Of a stretch of DNA of 64,000 nt, positions 12,975 to 26,724 are shown piece after piece. The stretch comes from Lingula anatina (lineage: Eukaryota; Animalia; Brachiopoda): assembly GCA_051362555.1 (NCBI GenBank), contig CM120644.1, positions 24,822,534 through 24,886,533 on the forward strand, read 5' to 3'. The stretch's first letter is position 1. Every line of letters starts with the position of its first letter. The notes under the pieces are model-generated. The model was not told the DNA's origin. It did not search any database and was given only the letters and a program-made list of their open reading frames with translations. A program made the translations under genes and the position numbers.

Positions 12975-13618
12975 CTATAACAAAAAACAAATGTATTATA
13001 TCCAATAAATATGTACAGGTAAGAAAATAATAAAATGAACATACATAGTGAAATAATGATCACTTCATGATCAAACTGCTACACAGAGCTTTACAGCATT
13101 GAAACGTACTTCCTAATTGCTATTTCAAAGTAAACCGTATTTAAGAGAAAAAAAAACTTTTTTTGGCCTCATAATTCGACTACATGTATTCTTCAAAGGA
13201 ATTCAAAAGTTTCATGACTTTCTTTTTATACAATTTTTAAACAAGAGAAAACGCTGCCCGCACGAAAACGCAGTAGATGCTCCAGCGCAGTAGACTACTG
13301 CAATTACACTGCAAGCATGCCTCAAATCTGCTTCGATTTGAGGTATGGATGCAGTATATACTTCCCAGAAGTAGCATTCTACTGCAACCATGCTTCATAA
13401 AACCACAGTAGAAAGGAAGCATAATGCTTCACCGCAGTAGTACAATACTGCATTTCTACTCTGCGTGCAGCAGTTTCGAAGTAGCATGCGTTACGATAGC
13501 AGTCTTCTACTTTAAATATACTTCATATCGAAGTAGAAATTAAGCAGCTTGGTTTGATAACCATTGGTTTGCTTCGTTTCTACTGCTCTGAGTCTGTCGC
13601 TTTTATGGCATTTCAATC

Positions 13619-13892
13619 CTACTGCAAATCTACTGCAAAAACAACCTAAATTGTAATAGCGTTTCTGTCTACTTCAATTCTACTACGAGAACTTTGTCAT
13701 TTTGTTGGGGAAAATGTTACTACTGCAAATCTACTGCAAAAACATTGCTTAAATGATCAGCGCGTTTCTATCTACTTCAATTCTACTACGAGAACTTTGT
13801 CGTTTTGTTGGGGAAAAGGTTACTACTGCAAATCTACTGCAAAAACATTGCTTAAATGATAGGCGTGTTCAGTCTACTTCAATTCTACTGCG
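13619..13892. repeat. ~102-bp tandem repeat, ~2.7 copies, in the CACTA subterminal region
   Basis: ctactgcaaatctactgcaaaaaca starts at 13619, 13720 and 13823. Confidence 0.9.
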
Positions 13893-14344
13893 TGGACTTA
13901 GTCTGTTGGTGAACCGCTTTCTAAACGCCTTTTTGTTTTCCAATGGCTCCTTCTTACCACTTATTCACGCTCGATCATCTTCAGTTTTGTCTTACCAACT
14001 TCGGAGACTTTCTAATAATGAATAGAATTGGCCTATGCAATTCATTTAAATACTGTTGTCCCTTTGAACGTCAATCATCCAGAAAAGTAAAAAGAAACGA
14101 CAGAGGTTTCATACTGTGCAATCTTAGATGAGCACTACTATTTATTGTAAATAGTTAGTTTACTTGTTTACTTATACCGGAATATGCTCACAGATAGAGT
14201 TTTTCAACAAGTGTAAGACCTCATAATACGTTAACAAAATACTCTTAACCAAGTGAATAAACAAATTGCAAAAAAACAATAATAATAATAATAAAAAAAA
14301 AAAAAAAAAAAAAAAAAACTGTCAGTAAGATATAACTACAACTA

Positions 14345-17297
14345 CTAATCTTTCTCTACAAAATTAGGGAATTGAGCCACAAATTGTTTAGAATCACTAC
14401 ACAAATACATTAACGGTTCTTCCAACTGGCTAATATCTATAACTTTAATTTTCCCATATATAACTTTCTTAATATGACATGACAGAAATAAATTTTCACT
14501 ACATTCATTCAGTTCTTTAATAATTGCAAAATATCTGTAACCATTAACAGCACCGCATCTGATAAAATATTGAATTTCACAAAAGCCCTCTTCCCACTTT
14601 GCAGTAAAGGAATTTCTTTTTTTTACTGCATTGTACGACTTGCTGCAAAAAACAAATCCTTTCTGGTAAACTCTTAAAAATTTTGCACACTTAAAAACCG
14701 CACCAACAATTCTTGTCAAAATGTGGGCAATATTAGTGGGAGGCACAAAATCAGAACTAGGTCCTAGTATGTGAGACGCATTCCCTATACGGCCTGAAAA
14801 TTTTAAACTTGACCACTTTGTCATTTGTTGCAGCAGGGCCTGCACGGCACCATCCTTCTCTTTTTCAATAAGCTGGGGTAATTTCTGCTGTATGCAAACC
14901 GCAGTGACGATTTGCATTTCTGCTTGCTGAGTGCCGTGAAACTGCTTCCTGAGGTCGCCATTCAAGCTTTCATAAAAAAAAAAAAACAGCTGTGGGCCCA
15001 CAGTGGACCCAGATCTTTGACTTTTGAAACCAAATGTAGTAAAGAATGCGCATTAAACGTACAGTACCTTTCTCCATAAAGTTTATCTAAACCTATATTG
15101 AATTTTTTGAAATGGTAACTTGCTTTGTCTAAGTCATTTTTCATTATGCAAGACTTAAGAAGTAAATAAGTTCCTATGACCAAATGAGTAAAATGAGCAA
15201 GAAATTCTGGTGGGAGTATATCATACAAAACAGGCAATGAATAAAATATGAGAAAGGTACGAAACTCAGATGCCTTCCAGTCTCCAAAATTATCAATTCC
15301 TCTAGGCATGCGGGAAATGAGTCTGTTTGGGGCCATGTTTTTCAATCTCATGTTCACTGTCTCGATCATAGAATATAGTGACCATTTTTCATTCCTTGTG
15401 TCTGCTCCGACCCATAAAGAGATCATTTTCACTAAACCGAGAAGAACGCAATGCATATAATCAATACTCTGGCCTCTAATAATATCAAATTTAGGCAAAA
15501 ATGACATCATAGACACTCCTTTGACACCCATTATTGGTTGCACTTCTCTACGCTTTCCATTCAAATAGTTTCTCTCAACTTCAGCAGCATATTTCAGCGT
15601 ATTCTTATGTGTTCGAGTCTGTGCAAGGCCTGATTCTTGGTCAGTTTCAAAAGGATAGATGTGTGATTTTCCACACTCACTTAAAAAACAAGTTTCACCT
15701 CTGCTATAACAACATGGGCACCCAAAGTTTCCATTAAACTGCACCATTTCACTCATGAGACATCGAGCAGGAGCATCTGCTACTGATGAAATTATGATGG
15801 CGCGCACTTTTGTTGGAACAGAAGTGATGGTCATGCTCACACCTTAAATATAAACAAAAAATAATTAACTCATGCCAAGTACTTCACTGAAACTGAAAAT
15901 CATTTATTTATTAGAATGTCAAAAATAATAATAATGAAATGCCAGCCTTATTAAATGTTTGTCATGTTAAATACCCTAGTGCGGTACCACTAAAGTCAGA
16001 TTTATGAGTGTGTTTGCAGCATCTGTAAAAGGGTTTAAACGAAAGTTATCTATACCTCATCTCTATTATGAACAAACAAAAAAGCCTGATGTACATGAAA
16101 CCAATTTTTGAGATGTAATACTATATATTGCTGTATATATTACAACTATGGATTTGATAAGCAAAATAGCATTAAGATGGTTATAAATACCTTCAAATAA
16201 TGAATGGAATTCATTCAACAAAGATCCCAGGAAAAGTTTCATATTTGGTTTCTGATAACCAAACCATAAGCCAAAAAACAACCTGTTATCTCTAGTGTAC
16301 CTAAGAAACCAAAGCAGAAATAAGACATAAAATATATTTTTAGATTGTAGGATCAAAGCCCTAATAACATACTTGAATAATTCCACATGCTCAATAATGC
16401 AGGTGCTCATTGTTTAATACTAGATTTAAGCAAGGGTGTCTCTTTCACATAAACATTTTAAATTAAATGTAATCCTGGTGGTACTGAAATTAACAGACCA
16501 TAAGTAAGATACAAGATTTGCTTTACAATACCAGGCAATTAATTACTGACTTAAACAATTGACACTTTTTCCTCAGTGGCAACTGTAGGTCATTTTGGTT
16601 ATGTCACAAGAAGGACTGAATAAAAAACAAAAATAGGCTTCTCTATAGTCCAATTTTATGTAGTAATAACACAGCAAATTTCATATACAAATAATTTTTT
16701 TTGTGATTTTAAATTATGTATAGGAACGTTTTCTTCTGATGCATATTTCACTTTTAGGTGTTTTTTTTTTTTAACTTTTCCCCTTTTTATTGTGTTTGCA
16801 TTTTGAGTGGAGTAAATCTTGATGATTAATCATGTCATACCTTTTCTTAGGGGGTAACTCATTGATCACAGCATACAGTGGCCACACACTTAACTTTGAT
16901 GAACGGAATACAGCTGCTCCATCAGTGTTCACTTGTAAGGATAAATGTAGCTCATTGAGCTCACTGGAACATCCTGAAAATACATATTACATATACATAT
17001 TTATATTAATATACTTGGTTTTATGCAGTGGCTTCCTAGTTTAACCAATGACACTGACAGCCAGGGGGCAGATTATCTCAGGTCTGATTTTTAAAAGACC
17101 TTCTAAATTCAAAACAATCATGAGTAAAATACAGTACAATAATTCTATACAATGAAGTTTTCTGTACAAACCTTGAAAATATCCAGAGGTGTTGAAATGG
17201 TCTTTGTAAAGTTGACCGTCATACACATCCTTTATAGACCCATCTCGATCTCGTAAGCTTTCTTTGGTTTGTTTTAGTTCTTGAAGAACATCTAGTA
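14345..17297 (-). pseudogene. CACTA transposase downstream exons (~17171-17297, ~16842-16975, ~16190-16300, 14345-15843)
   Basis: Family motifs DVYDGQLY; NTDGAAVFRSSKLSVWPLYAVINELPP; GLWFG..KP; DAPAR....QFNG.FGC..C; IDYMHCVLLG; WKASEFR; N.H.LLHL...V..LGPLW..SCF.YES.NG. Frameshift in the A-run at ~14974-14987. Confidence 0.85.
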
Positions 17298-18270
17298 CTA
17301 AAAAGTGAATTTGTGCATGTAAATTTATTTAGAAGTATGTAGGCCTAATGTTGCCCACAAAAATAATGACATGAACCTAAATTTAGAAAATTATTCTAAA
17401 AATTGTAAAAAAAAGGGTCATGAGCCATTTTAATAGTAACTTCTTAAAGGTAGTCTACTTAAAAAAAGATTTAAAAACCAACAAAGTATTTTTAAAACTT
17501 TAAAGGGATACCAAAATAAAAAAGTTTGCCATAAAAATTTGATGTGATTTTGCCCCAGCTAAAACAGCTAGAATATATTGATAATGTTGCAACTATTTTA
17601 AACTGTCTGTAAACATTAGGAGAATGCTTTCCCAATGTACTACACTGTTAATGTTATTCTGATAAATGTTACCAGCAGGTTCTATAAACTGTAATAATAT
17701 ATGATGAAATAAATTTACAAACTGTATGGGCTGCAAGAGCTTTGTGCTGTTTGTTCTCCACCTAGCGGTTTATTAGAGATTGGGGTTAGGTTAAGCTGAC
17801 AACTGACACCATGGATTTTATTATTTTTGGACTGATGGTAACAAAAAGTGATAAATAGGTTGATAAAATGTTATACTAAATAAAGTTATATTGTGTGTTC
17901 ATTACTTCTTGGAGGATAAACATCAGGGTCATTCCGTGGTATTTTTGATATATTTTTCATAATAGTGATCATTTTAAACAATAAAGGCTATATACATTAA
18001 ATATAACTTCTCTCTTACATTTAGTCAAGTGCATTAGATTCAGATGTATTTGATTATAAAATAATGGATTCATATCAATTTGTCCTTCCAAGATGATTTT
18101 CTCAGTACTAGTAACTACAAAATTAAAGCTAACAACTTATAACTTCATAATATCCTCAAACATGCTGAGCAAACAAGATATAAAAAAAAATTGCTTAGAA
18201 CTACTTCAATGAGAAATTGAATTAAATTATATAAGCATTAAACATGAAACCTAGCACTGGGATGACATGA

Positions 18271-18408
18271 CAGGGCCGTAGCCTCCGGGGGGGCTGGGAT
18301 TTAGAATTTTCCACACTGGTAGGGGGACACCCCCTCCCCACTCGGGGGCTTCGCCCCCTTGTGTCCGCTTACTGCCCCCCCTGGCATTTTGTTCAGGCTA
18401 CGGCCCTG
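18271..18408. mobile_element. Short MITE
   Basis: Perfect 14-bp TIR cagggccgtagcct / aggctacggccctg; catga on both flanks. Confidence 0.7.
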
Positions 18409-18759
18409 CATGAGGCATTTTGATTGGACTATAAGAGGTCAGGTGACCAATGCATCAACCCTTATGTCTTTCAAGATAATTTTAATAAAAATGCATCATA
18501 TATAAAATAATTTCTAAACTGTGAAACACTTCATTTTAATGAATACTTTTGAAGTTATTTTAATTTAAGCACTTTATTGAATATATGAATAAATGTGGTT
18601 ACCAGTAGATTACCTCTTTGATGTCCAAAATACTATTTAAAGATGTATCCGACTTTAAAAATATATCCACAGACAGAGCTTTGGTGTTAAAGCTAAAAGT
18701 TAAAATCCCATGTCCATTTCACGTCCTGCTGAGATGCTAATTATTTATTATATTACATA

Positions 18760-19416
18760 AAAATTGACGAAATCAGAGAAAGTAGTAAAATAGAAAATGA
18801 GGAAAATAAAAGGAAAATAGGAGTTCTACAAGACAAAATTGACGGACTAGAGCTGGAGAATCATAATTTGAGACAAACATTACGAGAAAATGACCAACGC
18901 ATCGACAAAATGAACAGAGCGATGAAAGAGGCAGCCAAGGTAGCTTCGTCGGCAATGATAAAAGCCAACCATAACGAACAATACAGCCGAAAAAACAATG
19001 TAAAAATATATGGCATCCCGGAGTCTGAATCGGGCGATCAGACAACTTCTGCCCTAGTAATTAAAACATTAAAAGAGAAGATACAGGAAGAGGTGAAAGG
19101 CGATGATATTGTGGCAGTGCACAGGATTCCCGGCAAACCAGGGGAACCCAGGCCGATCATCTTAAAGTTAAAAAACACAGAGATAAAATCCCGTATCATG
19201 CGCAAAAGGGATGTGCTAAAAAGGTCCGACAGAGCCCTGAGGCTAGCAGACGATGTTACAAAAGAAAACAAGGATCTACTTAAATTGCTGAATGACCATC
19301 CGGAATGTGAAAGTGCGTGGTATTTTAATGGCAGTATATATGCCAAGATTAACGGCAAGGAAGGCAAGAAAAAATTCGACATCGGGGACGACATTGGAAC
19401 AAAAATTCGTCACTAA
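18760..19416 (+). CDS. LINE ORF1 (coiled coil plus RRM-like), N-terminally truncated
   Basis: EQYSRKNNVKIYGIPE, VHRIPG..PRPIILK, LADDVT motifs. The frame is open from the insertion point. Confidence 0.8.
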   Translation, partial: KIDEIRESSKIENEENKRKIGVLQDKIDGLELENHNLRQTLRENDQRIDKMNRAMKEAAKVASSAMIKANHNEQYSRKNNVKIYGIPESESGDQTTSALVIKTLKEKIQEEVKGDDIVAVHRIPGKPGEPRPIILKLKNTEIKSRIMRKRDVLKRSDRALRLADDVTKENKDLLKLLNDHPECESAWYFNGSIYAKINGKEGKKKFDIGDDIGTKIRH

Positions 19417-22400
19417 AACCTTAACACTATAATGTTGATGCAAGTAAAATTGATTGAAACGATACATTTCATGTCTTAATTTGTACAGAATAGTGCAAAA
19501 AAAGTAATATATAATTAGGATCTCTGTAGATTTAATACATAGAAATCATACATGTAAAAAGTGGTAATTAGGCATATAAGATGTAAATAAGGAATTCTGT
19601 TTTATCTCCAATTATCTTTAGTATTATCCTCATTGCTATTATAATGTTTTCTACATCCACGACAAATACAGAGAAAAGGTGTGCTTCATGTCTAATCACA
19701 TAGACTAAATGTTTGCCGAAGTGGTATTATTAGAGAGTAAATGCTTGGCACAAGAGCACACAATTGTGAAATTCTATTCATGTATATTGCTCTCTGCGCA
19801 TCAGTTGTTCTCAGCGCATCAGTGTGGAAATCTTTTGTCAGTGAATCCGTGGATGATGTGTGTGAATACCTGAGGAAAGACAAGCTACTTAAGACTATAG
19901 AAATAGGAAGTACTAGTGTGAATGAGATCGCGAGGATGGATGTTGTCTGTGTGGGAGGAGAACATGTGTATAACTTTTGGTGTGTGTGGCTCCTGCATTA
20001 CACTTGCTGTTCTTTGTACAGACACAGATGTGTCTGCACATACTATAACTGTTATTTGTGTCTGCCGTCGTCATTGGTAACACCGTGACTTTCAAGGACA
20101 ACATGATAAGTGGAAAGCCACAGGTTAGGTTAGAAAATCAGCTTCTTATATTTTTTCCTTCCACTCCAAATGATTAAAATCGCCACAGTAAATTGTCAAG
20201 GACTAGGTAACCCAGAGAAGAGAAAAGACGTTTTGAATTATTATAAAGGGAGAAAATATTCAGTGATATGTCTTCAGGATACGCACTTCACAACAAAGCT
20301 AGAGCCCTATATTGAAACACAATGGGGCTATACTTGTATCTTTAATTCATACCGCTCAAATTGTAGGGGAGTTGCAATTCTTTTTAACAACAATTTTGAG
20401 TTAGTTGTGCATAAAAAAACACAAGATGATAAAGGTAACTTACTCGTTGTAGACTTAACTATTAATGACTGTCTAGTCACGCTATTAAACATTTATGGTC
20501 CAAATGAGGATTATCCAGAATTCTTTGATAAGGTTAGGGAAGCCATACTTGAATTTGCAAATACAAACATTATAGTGTGTGGAGATCTTAATATCGCAAT
20601 GGATCCAATTTTAAATACTTTTAATTACAATAGGAATAATAACCCAAGAGCTAGAAAAAAATTAATTGAAACTATGGATAAATTGGATCTGGTAGATTAC
20701 TACAGAGTTATAAATCCTTCCAAAAGAGCATACACATGGCACAAAAAGAACCCAGTTAAACATGGTAGGCTTGATTATATACTAATATCAAATAACCTCT
20801 CAAATCTTGTCACGGATATCTCAATTAAAGCGGGTTACAAATCAGATCACTCGTCAGTTGTCTTAGAATTAAAATTTAATGATTTCGTTAGGGGACCCGG
20901 TCTGTGGAAATTCAATTGTTCTCTTCTAACCGACAGAGAGTTTGTTGACAAAGTAAAACTAACCATTAAAAGAATAAAAAATCAATATGCCAATATCTTG
21001 TATAAAGTATCCATAATTGATTGTATTCCAGAAGAAGACCTGCAATTATCCATATCCGATAGCCTATTTTTGGAAGTACTACTAATGGAAATAAGGGGGG
21101 GTAACTATATCACATGCAAGTGCTAAGAAAAAAGATAAGAATAAGAAGGAAAAGGAACTTATTGATGAGATACAAAAACTTAAAGATGACAATGACGCAG
21201 GAAATTTAGTACATAATGGCATCTTGGAAGAAAAAATACAATCACTAGAAACAATAAGGAAAGAGAAACTACGGGGAAGCATGATAAGATCACGCGCACA
21301 ATGGGTTGACGAGGGGGAGAAACCGACGCAATATTTTTGTGGTTTAGAGTCCAGAAACTTTCTGAATAAAACTATTCAGGTGCTAGATATAGATGGAAAA
21401 GGAACAGTCTACGAACAGTCAGAAATCCTTAAGGAGGTGAAGCTTTTCTATAAAAAATTGTATTCAAGCAAAGAAAATGAAATAGATGACGTAGACCTCA
21501 GTAATGTACTAGAACCGTATTCCTTTAATAAATTGGACAATGTTACTGCTCACGAATTAGATCAAGAATTTACATTAACTGAAATCCTAAGTGTTATTAA
21601 ATCAATGAAGAATAACAAGTCCCCAGGAAGTGATGGCTTTTCAGCCGAGTTCTACAATTTTTTTTGGAATGATCTCAAGTACTTTATCAGAAGAGCTATA
21701 AATGATATTTTTTTAAAAAAAATGTTGCCTATCTCACAAAGACTCGGAATCATTGTATGTCTCCCAAAAGGAGAAAAATCAAGAAAAGACATGAAAAACT
21801 GGAGGCCGATTACACTCCTGAATGTATTTTATAAGATTATTTCTGGATGTATCTGTGGACGAATAAAACACACTCTGAATTTTCTCATACCTCCTTCGCA
21901 GTCGGGTTTCATACCCGGTAGATACTTGGGTGATAACATACGAGCAATATATGATCTGATGGACTATACTGAGAATAGACAGATTCCTGGCCTTCTAATG
22001 TTGATTGACTTCGAAAAAGCTTTTGATTCCTTAGCTTGGCCCTTCATCCATAAAGTTCTTAACATCTTCGGCTTTGGCAGAAATCTAATAACATGGGTAA
22101 ACATACTAAACACTAACATTACAGCATCCGTTCTACAATGTGGTTTCCTGTCGAAACCGTTTTCTATCCAAAGAGGTTGTCGACAAGGTGACCCAGTAGC
22201 CCCTTATTTATTTATATTGAGTGCTGAAATGCTGTCAATACTGATAAAGAGCAACACATTTATAAAAGGAATAACAATTAATGGAATCGAGAATAAGATT
22301 TTACAATATGCAGATGACACTTCACTTACATTAGATGGATCGAAAGAATCTTTATTCAATTCCCTGGAAACCCTTGAATACTTTGCAAAATTATCTGGAC

Positions 22401-24315
22401 TACACATCAATGCCTCAAAAACTAAAGTAATATGGATAGGTTCCAAAAAATATAGTAAAGATGTGTACCATCATTCCAGATGGAAACTTTATTGGGGGGT
22501 ACAAATATTTGAGCTGTTAGGCATAACTTTTTCAGTAGAGTTAAGTGACATGATTGATCTGAATTATCAAAAGCAAATGACAAAAGTACAAAGTCAGATT
22601 AAACAATGGAAAAAACGTATCCTTAGCCCAATAGGTAAAACCACGATTGTAAAATCGTTATTAATTTCCAAACTTACCCATCTATTTATCTCCCTACCCA
22701 ACCCAAACAACGGATTTATTTAATCGCTTGAGACTGAGTTTTATAATTTTGTATGGGGGTCAAAATGTGATAGAATTAAAAGGGACGTAGCCTCTCAAAA
22801 TCACAACGCTGGTGGCCTTAAAATGATTGACATAAAAAAAGTTTTATCACATCATTAAAATGTTCTTGGTTGAAAAGACAAATTACTAGGAAACAGATTT
22901 GGACTAATATATTAGAATCCATATTAGGAAAAAAGTTAATCCAGAACCTGCTCGACTTTGGTGATGATTATGTCAGGAAGTTAGCAGAACGTATCCAAAA
23001 CAAATTTTGGCAGGATACTCTGATAGCTTGGGCTTACTTTATGAAATCCAAATGTTAAGGGAATGGGCAAGTGACCCAGGCGCAATACCTCTTTGGTATA
23101 ATACTGAAATTAAGATTAACAACGCTTCGGTGTTTATCCCTTCCTGGTACAAACAAGGAATAAAAGTTCTTGGAGATATGTTGGACAATCAGGGACATTT
23201 AATGAAAAAGAATGTGCTTGAACAAAAATTCAATTTGAGAGTCCAAACTATGCAGTTTAATAGCATGTACAGTGCAGTAAAGGTTTTTCTAAGACAATTT
23301 GATAAGGAAAAGGTGGCTATTACAGTCACCCCTTACTACCCGTTTCATTTCAAGGGGCTTATGCTAAATGAAAAAGGAAACAGATATGTATATAATGTCC
23401 TAAATAAGAAAAATATTATTCCCACTGGTGTCTGTACATGGAACCAAAAACTATTCAATAACGGGGACGCTCGCTTAAAAACGGAAGAAATTTTTGAGAC
23501 TTGTTTTGGAACTTCTCGAGATACAACGTTACAATGGCTTCAGTTTAGAATAATACATAGGATACTCCCTTTGGGTGCTTATTTGAAAAAGATTGGCATT
23601 CAGGATAATGACATATGTGGCTTTTGTAAAAGAGACCGTGAAGATCTCCTTCATGTGTTTATACAATGTAATAGTGTGCGTCCTCTTTGGAATAAGTTTC
23701 AAGACCATATACTCGAAAAAACTAATGTCAATTTGGATCTCGATGACTATAAAATCTTGTTTGGAATAAAATGCACAACGGAAAGTAAAAATTTTAATTT
23801 ACTTATTATGTTTGGAAAACTATATATTTATAAGTGCCTGAAACAAAATAAGACCCCAAGCTTTCAAGGTCTTTTGGGTTACGTAAAATTTATGTATCAT
23901 ATTGAAAAAAATATTGCTCTGCGTCATGGATCTTGCACATATGACAACTTTGTTAAACAATGGGCACAATGGTTACCACTTTTTGTTGAAGGGGAATAGC
24001 AGTAGCATCCCTTTCTTTATCTTTTGGGTTTAAGTTTTCTATTATATTTTATTTAATTTTGTTTTGTTAATCAGCAGGCACTTAGAGATGAAGTTACTAT
24101 ATTTGAGTGAAATGGACAGACAACTAATTAGTCTATTTTTGTAAACACAACTGTGTAATGCAAGGATAATATACATATTAGCAGTGACCAAGTATGAGTG
24201 TTGTGCGTACGTGGGTATGTGTGCGTGTATGAAAGGAACATATATATATACTCTATTTGTGTTTATTTATTTACTTATTATTATTTTTTTCCATAATAAT
24301 AATAATAATAATAAA
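18761..24315 (+). mobile_element. L1/Tx1-clade non-LTR retrotransposon, 5'-truncated
   Basis: ORF1 plus EN-RT ORF2, (TAA)n tail at ~24293-24315, and 12-bp TSD tatattacataa at 18749-18760 and 24316-24327. Confidence 0.92.
20170..23999 (+). pseudogene. LINE ORF2 (APE endonuclease, reverse transcriptase, zinc finger), disrupted
   Basis: EN: NCQGL, LQDTH, NIYGPN, GDLN, RLDY, SDH. RT: KSPGSDG, WRPITLLN, DFEKAFD, RQGDP, QYADD. C-terminal CGFC..EDLLHVFIQC. Broken by frameshifts near 21095, 22835 and 23050 and a stop at 22721-22723. Confidence 0.92.
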
Positions 24316-24777
24316 TATATTACATAATTTTTAAGTAACTTTAATTTTACCTAAGTTTTTGCTTAAATATAACTTCGATACAGAGGAATAAATATTAAAG
24401 AAATGTCTTTCAACTTTTTTTAATATCTTCACCTTTAGGGTCAAATGTCCTTCCAAACAAGCAAAAAAAAAACAAAAAAAAAAACAAAAAAAAAACAAAA
24501 AAAAAAAAAAAAAACACGGTATGGCCCATCCACCGTGTACATTTTGAAAATTAGATTCCAACACATACTGGAGGATTAATATTAAAATTAACAGTTAAGC
24601 TACCATGACTTTTCCCTTTGCTATTGTAGTGTTTGCATTAATATAACTCATTAACCTAGGGCAAACATTTCGTTAGTGGACATACCATTATTATTTTTCT
24701 TTTAATTTCTTTTGAAGTGCCAATGGCATGCCTAACCATAACGCCACCAAAAAATATACCACGGAATAGCCCTGAAC

Positions 24778-25345
24778 CACGCTCGGCTGTCACCTTGATT
24801 GGATAGTAAACGATTGTCGTAAAATCGCTAAATGATATTAAAATCGGGTACATAAACTTACAAACCACCTAGGACAACCTTAGACTGCCACATTAATCCA
24901 ATACAATGCAAACATAAACTATAACAAGTAGTTGTCAGAATGAGCTTCTGAAACAAAACTCAGCTAACTTAAACATAATAATCGAAATAAAATACTGCCG
25001 GGCATTGGAGCGGCCTAAAACTTGGCACGCTTACCGCTAATACTGCAGGCTACATCCTCCCGTCGCTCGTTTGTAAATTCCGTGCATGGCATACGCACAA
25101 TCAAACCGTAAATCAGAAATCACCTCTGATGTTTAAGTTGGTCCACTCTAACCTACCATTACGAAAAAGAAGCCATGCCATTGGACAATGCGACCTCTGC
25201 GGTTACGTCATTTCCTGAATTGGATTGTTAAGAGGCAGCCTAAGGTTGTCCTAAGTGGTTTTTAAGTTTATGTACCCGATTTTAATATCCTTTAGCGATT
25301 TTACGACAATCGTTTACTATCCAATCAAGGTGACAGCCGAGCGTG
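24778..25345. mobile_element. 568-bp MITE with ~125-bp TIRs and 8-bp TSD (P-element or hAT-like)
   Basis: cacgctcggctgtcaccttgattggatagtaaacg... is mirrored at the right end. TSD ccctgaac at 24770-24777 and 25346-25353. Confidence 0.9.
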
Positions 25346-26136
25346 CCCTGAACAGTGCTTATTTCAACAGCTTCCTTGAAAACATTTTTCAAACGCAACT
25401 CTTTTGTTAGCTGGGAGCACATATTTAAGAAAAATAATTCGTATTACCGCACCTTCTTTTACAAACGATGCCATAATCTTTAAACTGTGCTGAAATTTGA
25501 CATAAAAGTTAAATGATATATCGCCGCTTTAGTTTATACTTTTTGACCATTACAGACCAAGACGATCCATGACGAGCTAAATTATTGTTGTTACTTAGAT
25601 CTTATATCAGCATCAAATTTAACCACCCAATGTACTAACAAAATAAACATTAATCATCTTCTTTTTGTGTTCATTATTAATAAACGATCGTTCACGAAAT
25701 GCCATGTCCTCGTCTTGATTTTTTTTCTGAAGAATATCACAAGAGGGCGCAAGAATGCCGTGAGCCTAAACAGCTAATCGAAGGTCTAATCGAAAGCCAA
25801 TTAGAAGCTAAAAATTGTGATTTTTTTTAAATACTCTCAGAGATTTAATGACAGAGGGGTCAATTTTGGAATATTATCTGGCTAACCTTGATCAACAAGC
25901 AATTTTTTAACACTTGTAAAACAGGATTATAAATAAATAAATAAATAAAATAATTGCACGATAACGAAGCGTGACACATTGCACTTTCATTAAATCTGGA
26001 TTAGACCTAGTTTAAATCTACAAACTAAGTTTACCAATGATATTCACATACCAGTAGACAAATTCGAACTATATAAACCCGTATAATTAACCGACAAAAT
26101 AGTAGACTTTATTGATTTTTAAAAAAAATCACTTAC

Positions 26137-26724
26137 CGCTTAGAATTTTTTCCAACTGGTTCCCAGTCGGAATCTTCAGAAAATGTTTCACGGTGCCATT
26201 GCAGTTTGAACATCCATCCGGCTGGGAGAGTCCTAAATCCATATAACAACTTTCGCAATAGTAATTTAAAATGAGCGGTGTCTTTAGTGTCTGGAAGAAT
26301 TGTCTATACATCGACATCGTGCTGCGACAAAGATTATCGGCCAGGCAGTGAATTTCTATCAAAGCAAGCAAGTCACTTAACGCGACTCCGGTTAAGTTGT
26401 GTCGTAAAGCGAAGGTGACTATAAGTAACATGCTACTGGCTACAGTAAGACCGCATCCCTCATACAATGGCTTATCTTCGTCAGTTTGAACGTCGTCGAA
26501 TTCGTGCGGTTGCTCACTCTCTGTCAACTCATCAGACTGAGGCAAAACCTCGTGCACATCTTCAAAATCAACGATGTCTGCATATTCTGAACTCAATGTG
26601 TCAGTTGTGCATGAGGGTGGTGCTATCTGTTCAGGGACGCCGTGTTCGTTAATTTTTTTTCTCCACTTAGTTGTCCGTGATAGACCGGTGTATGCACCTT
26701 TCATACTTTTCCTTTGTTCAGCCA
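26137..26724 (-). CDS. CACTA transposase first coding exon
   Basis: LSRTTKWR, PLYEG..LT, FALRHNLT..AL.DLL.LI..H, YYC..C...C..C motifs typical of animal EnSpm transposase N-termini. Donor agcg|gtaagt after 26137. Confidence 0.75.
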
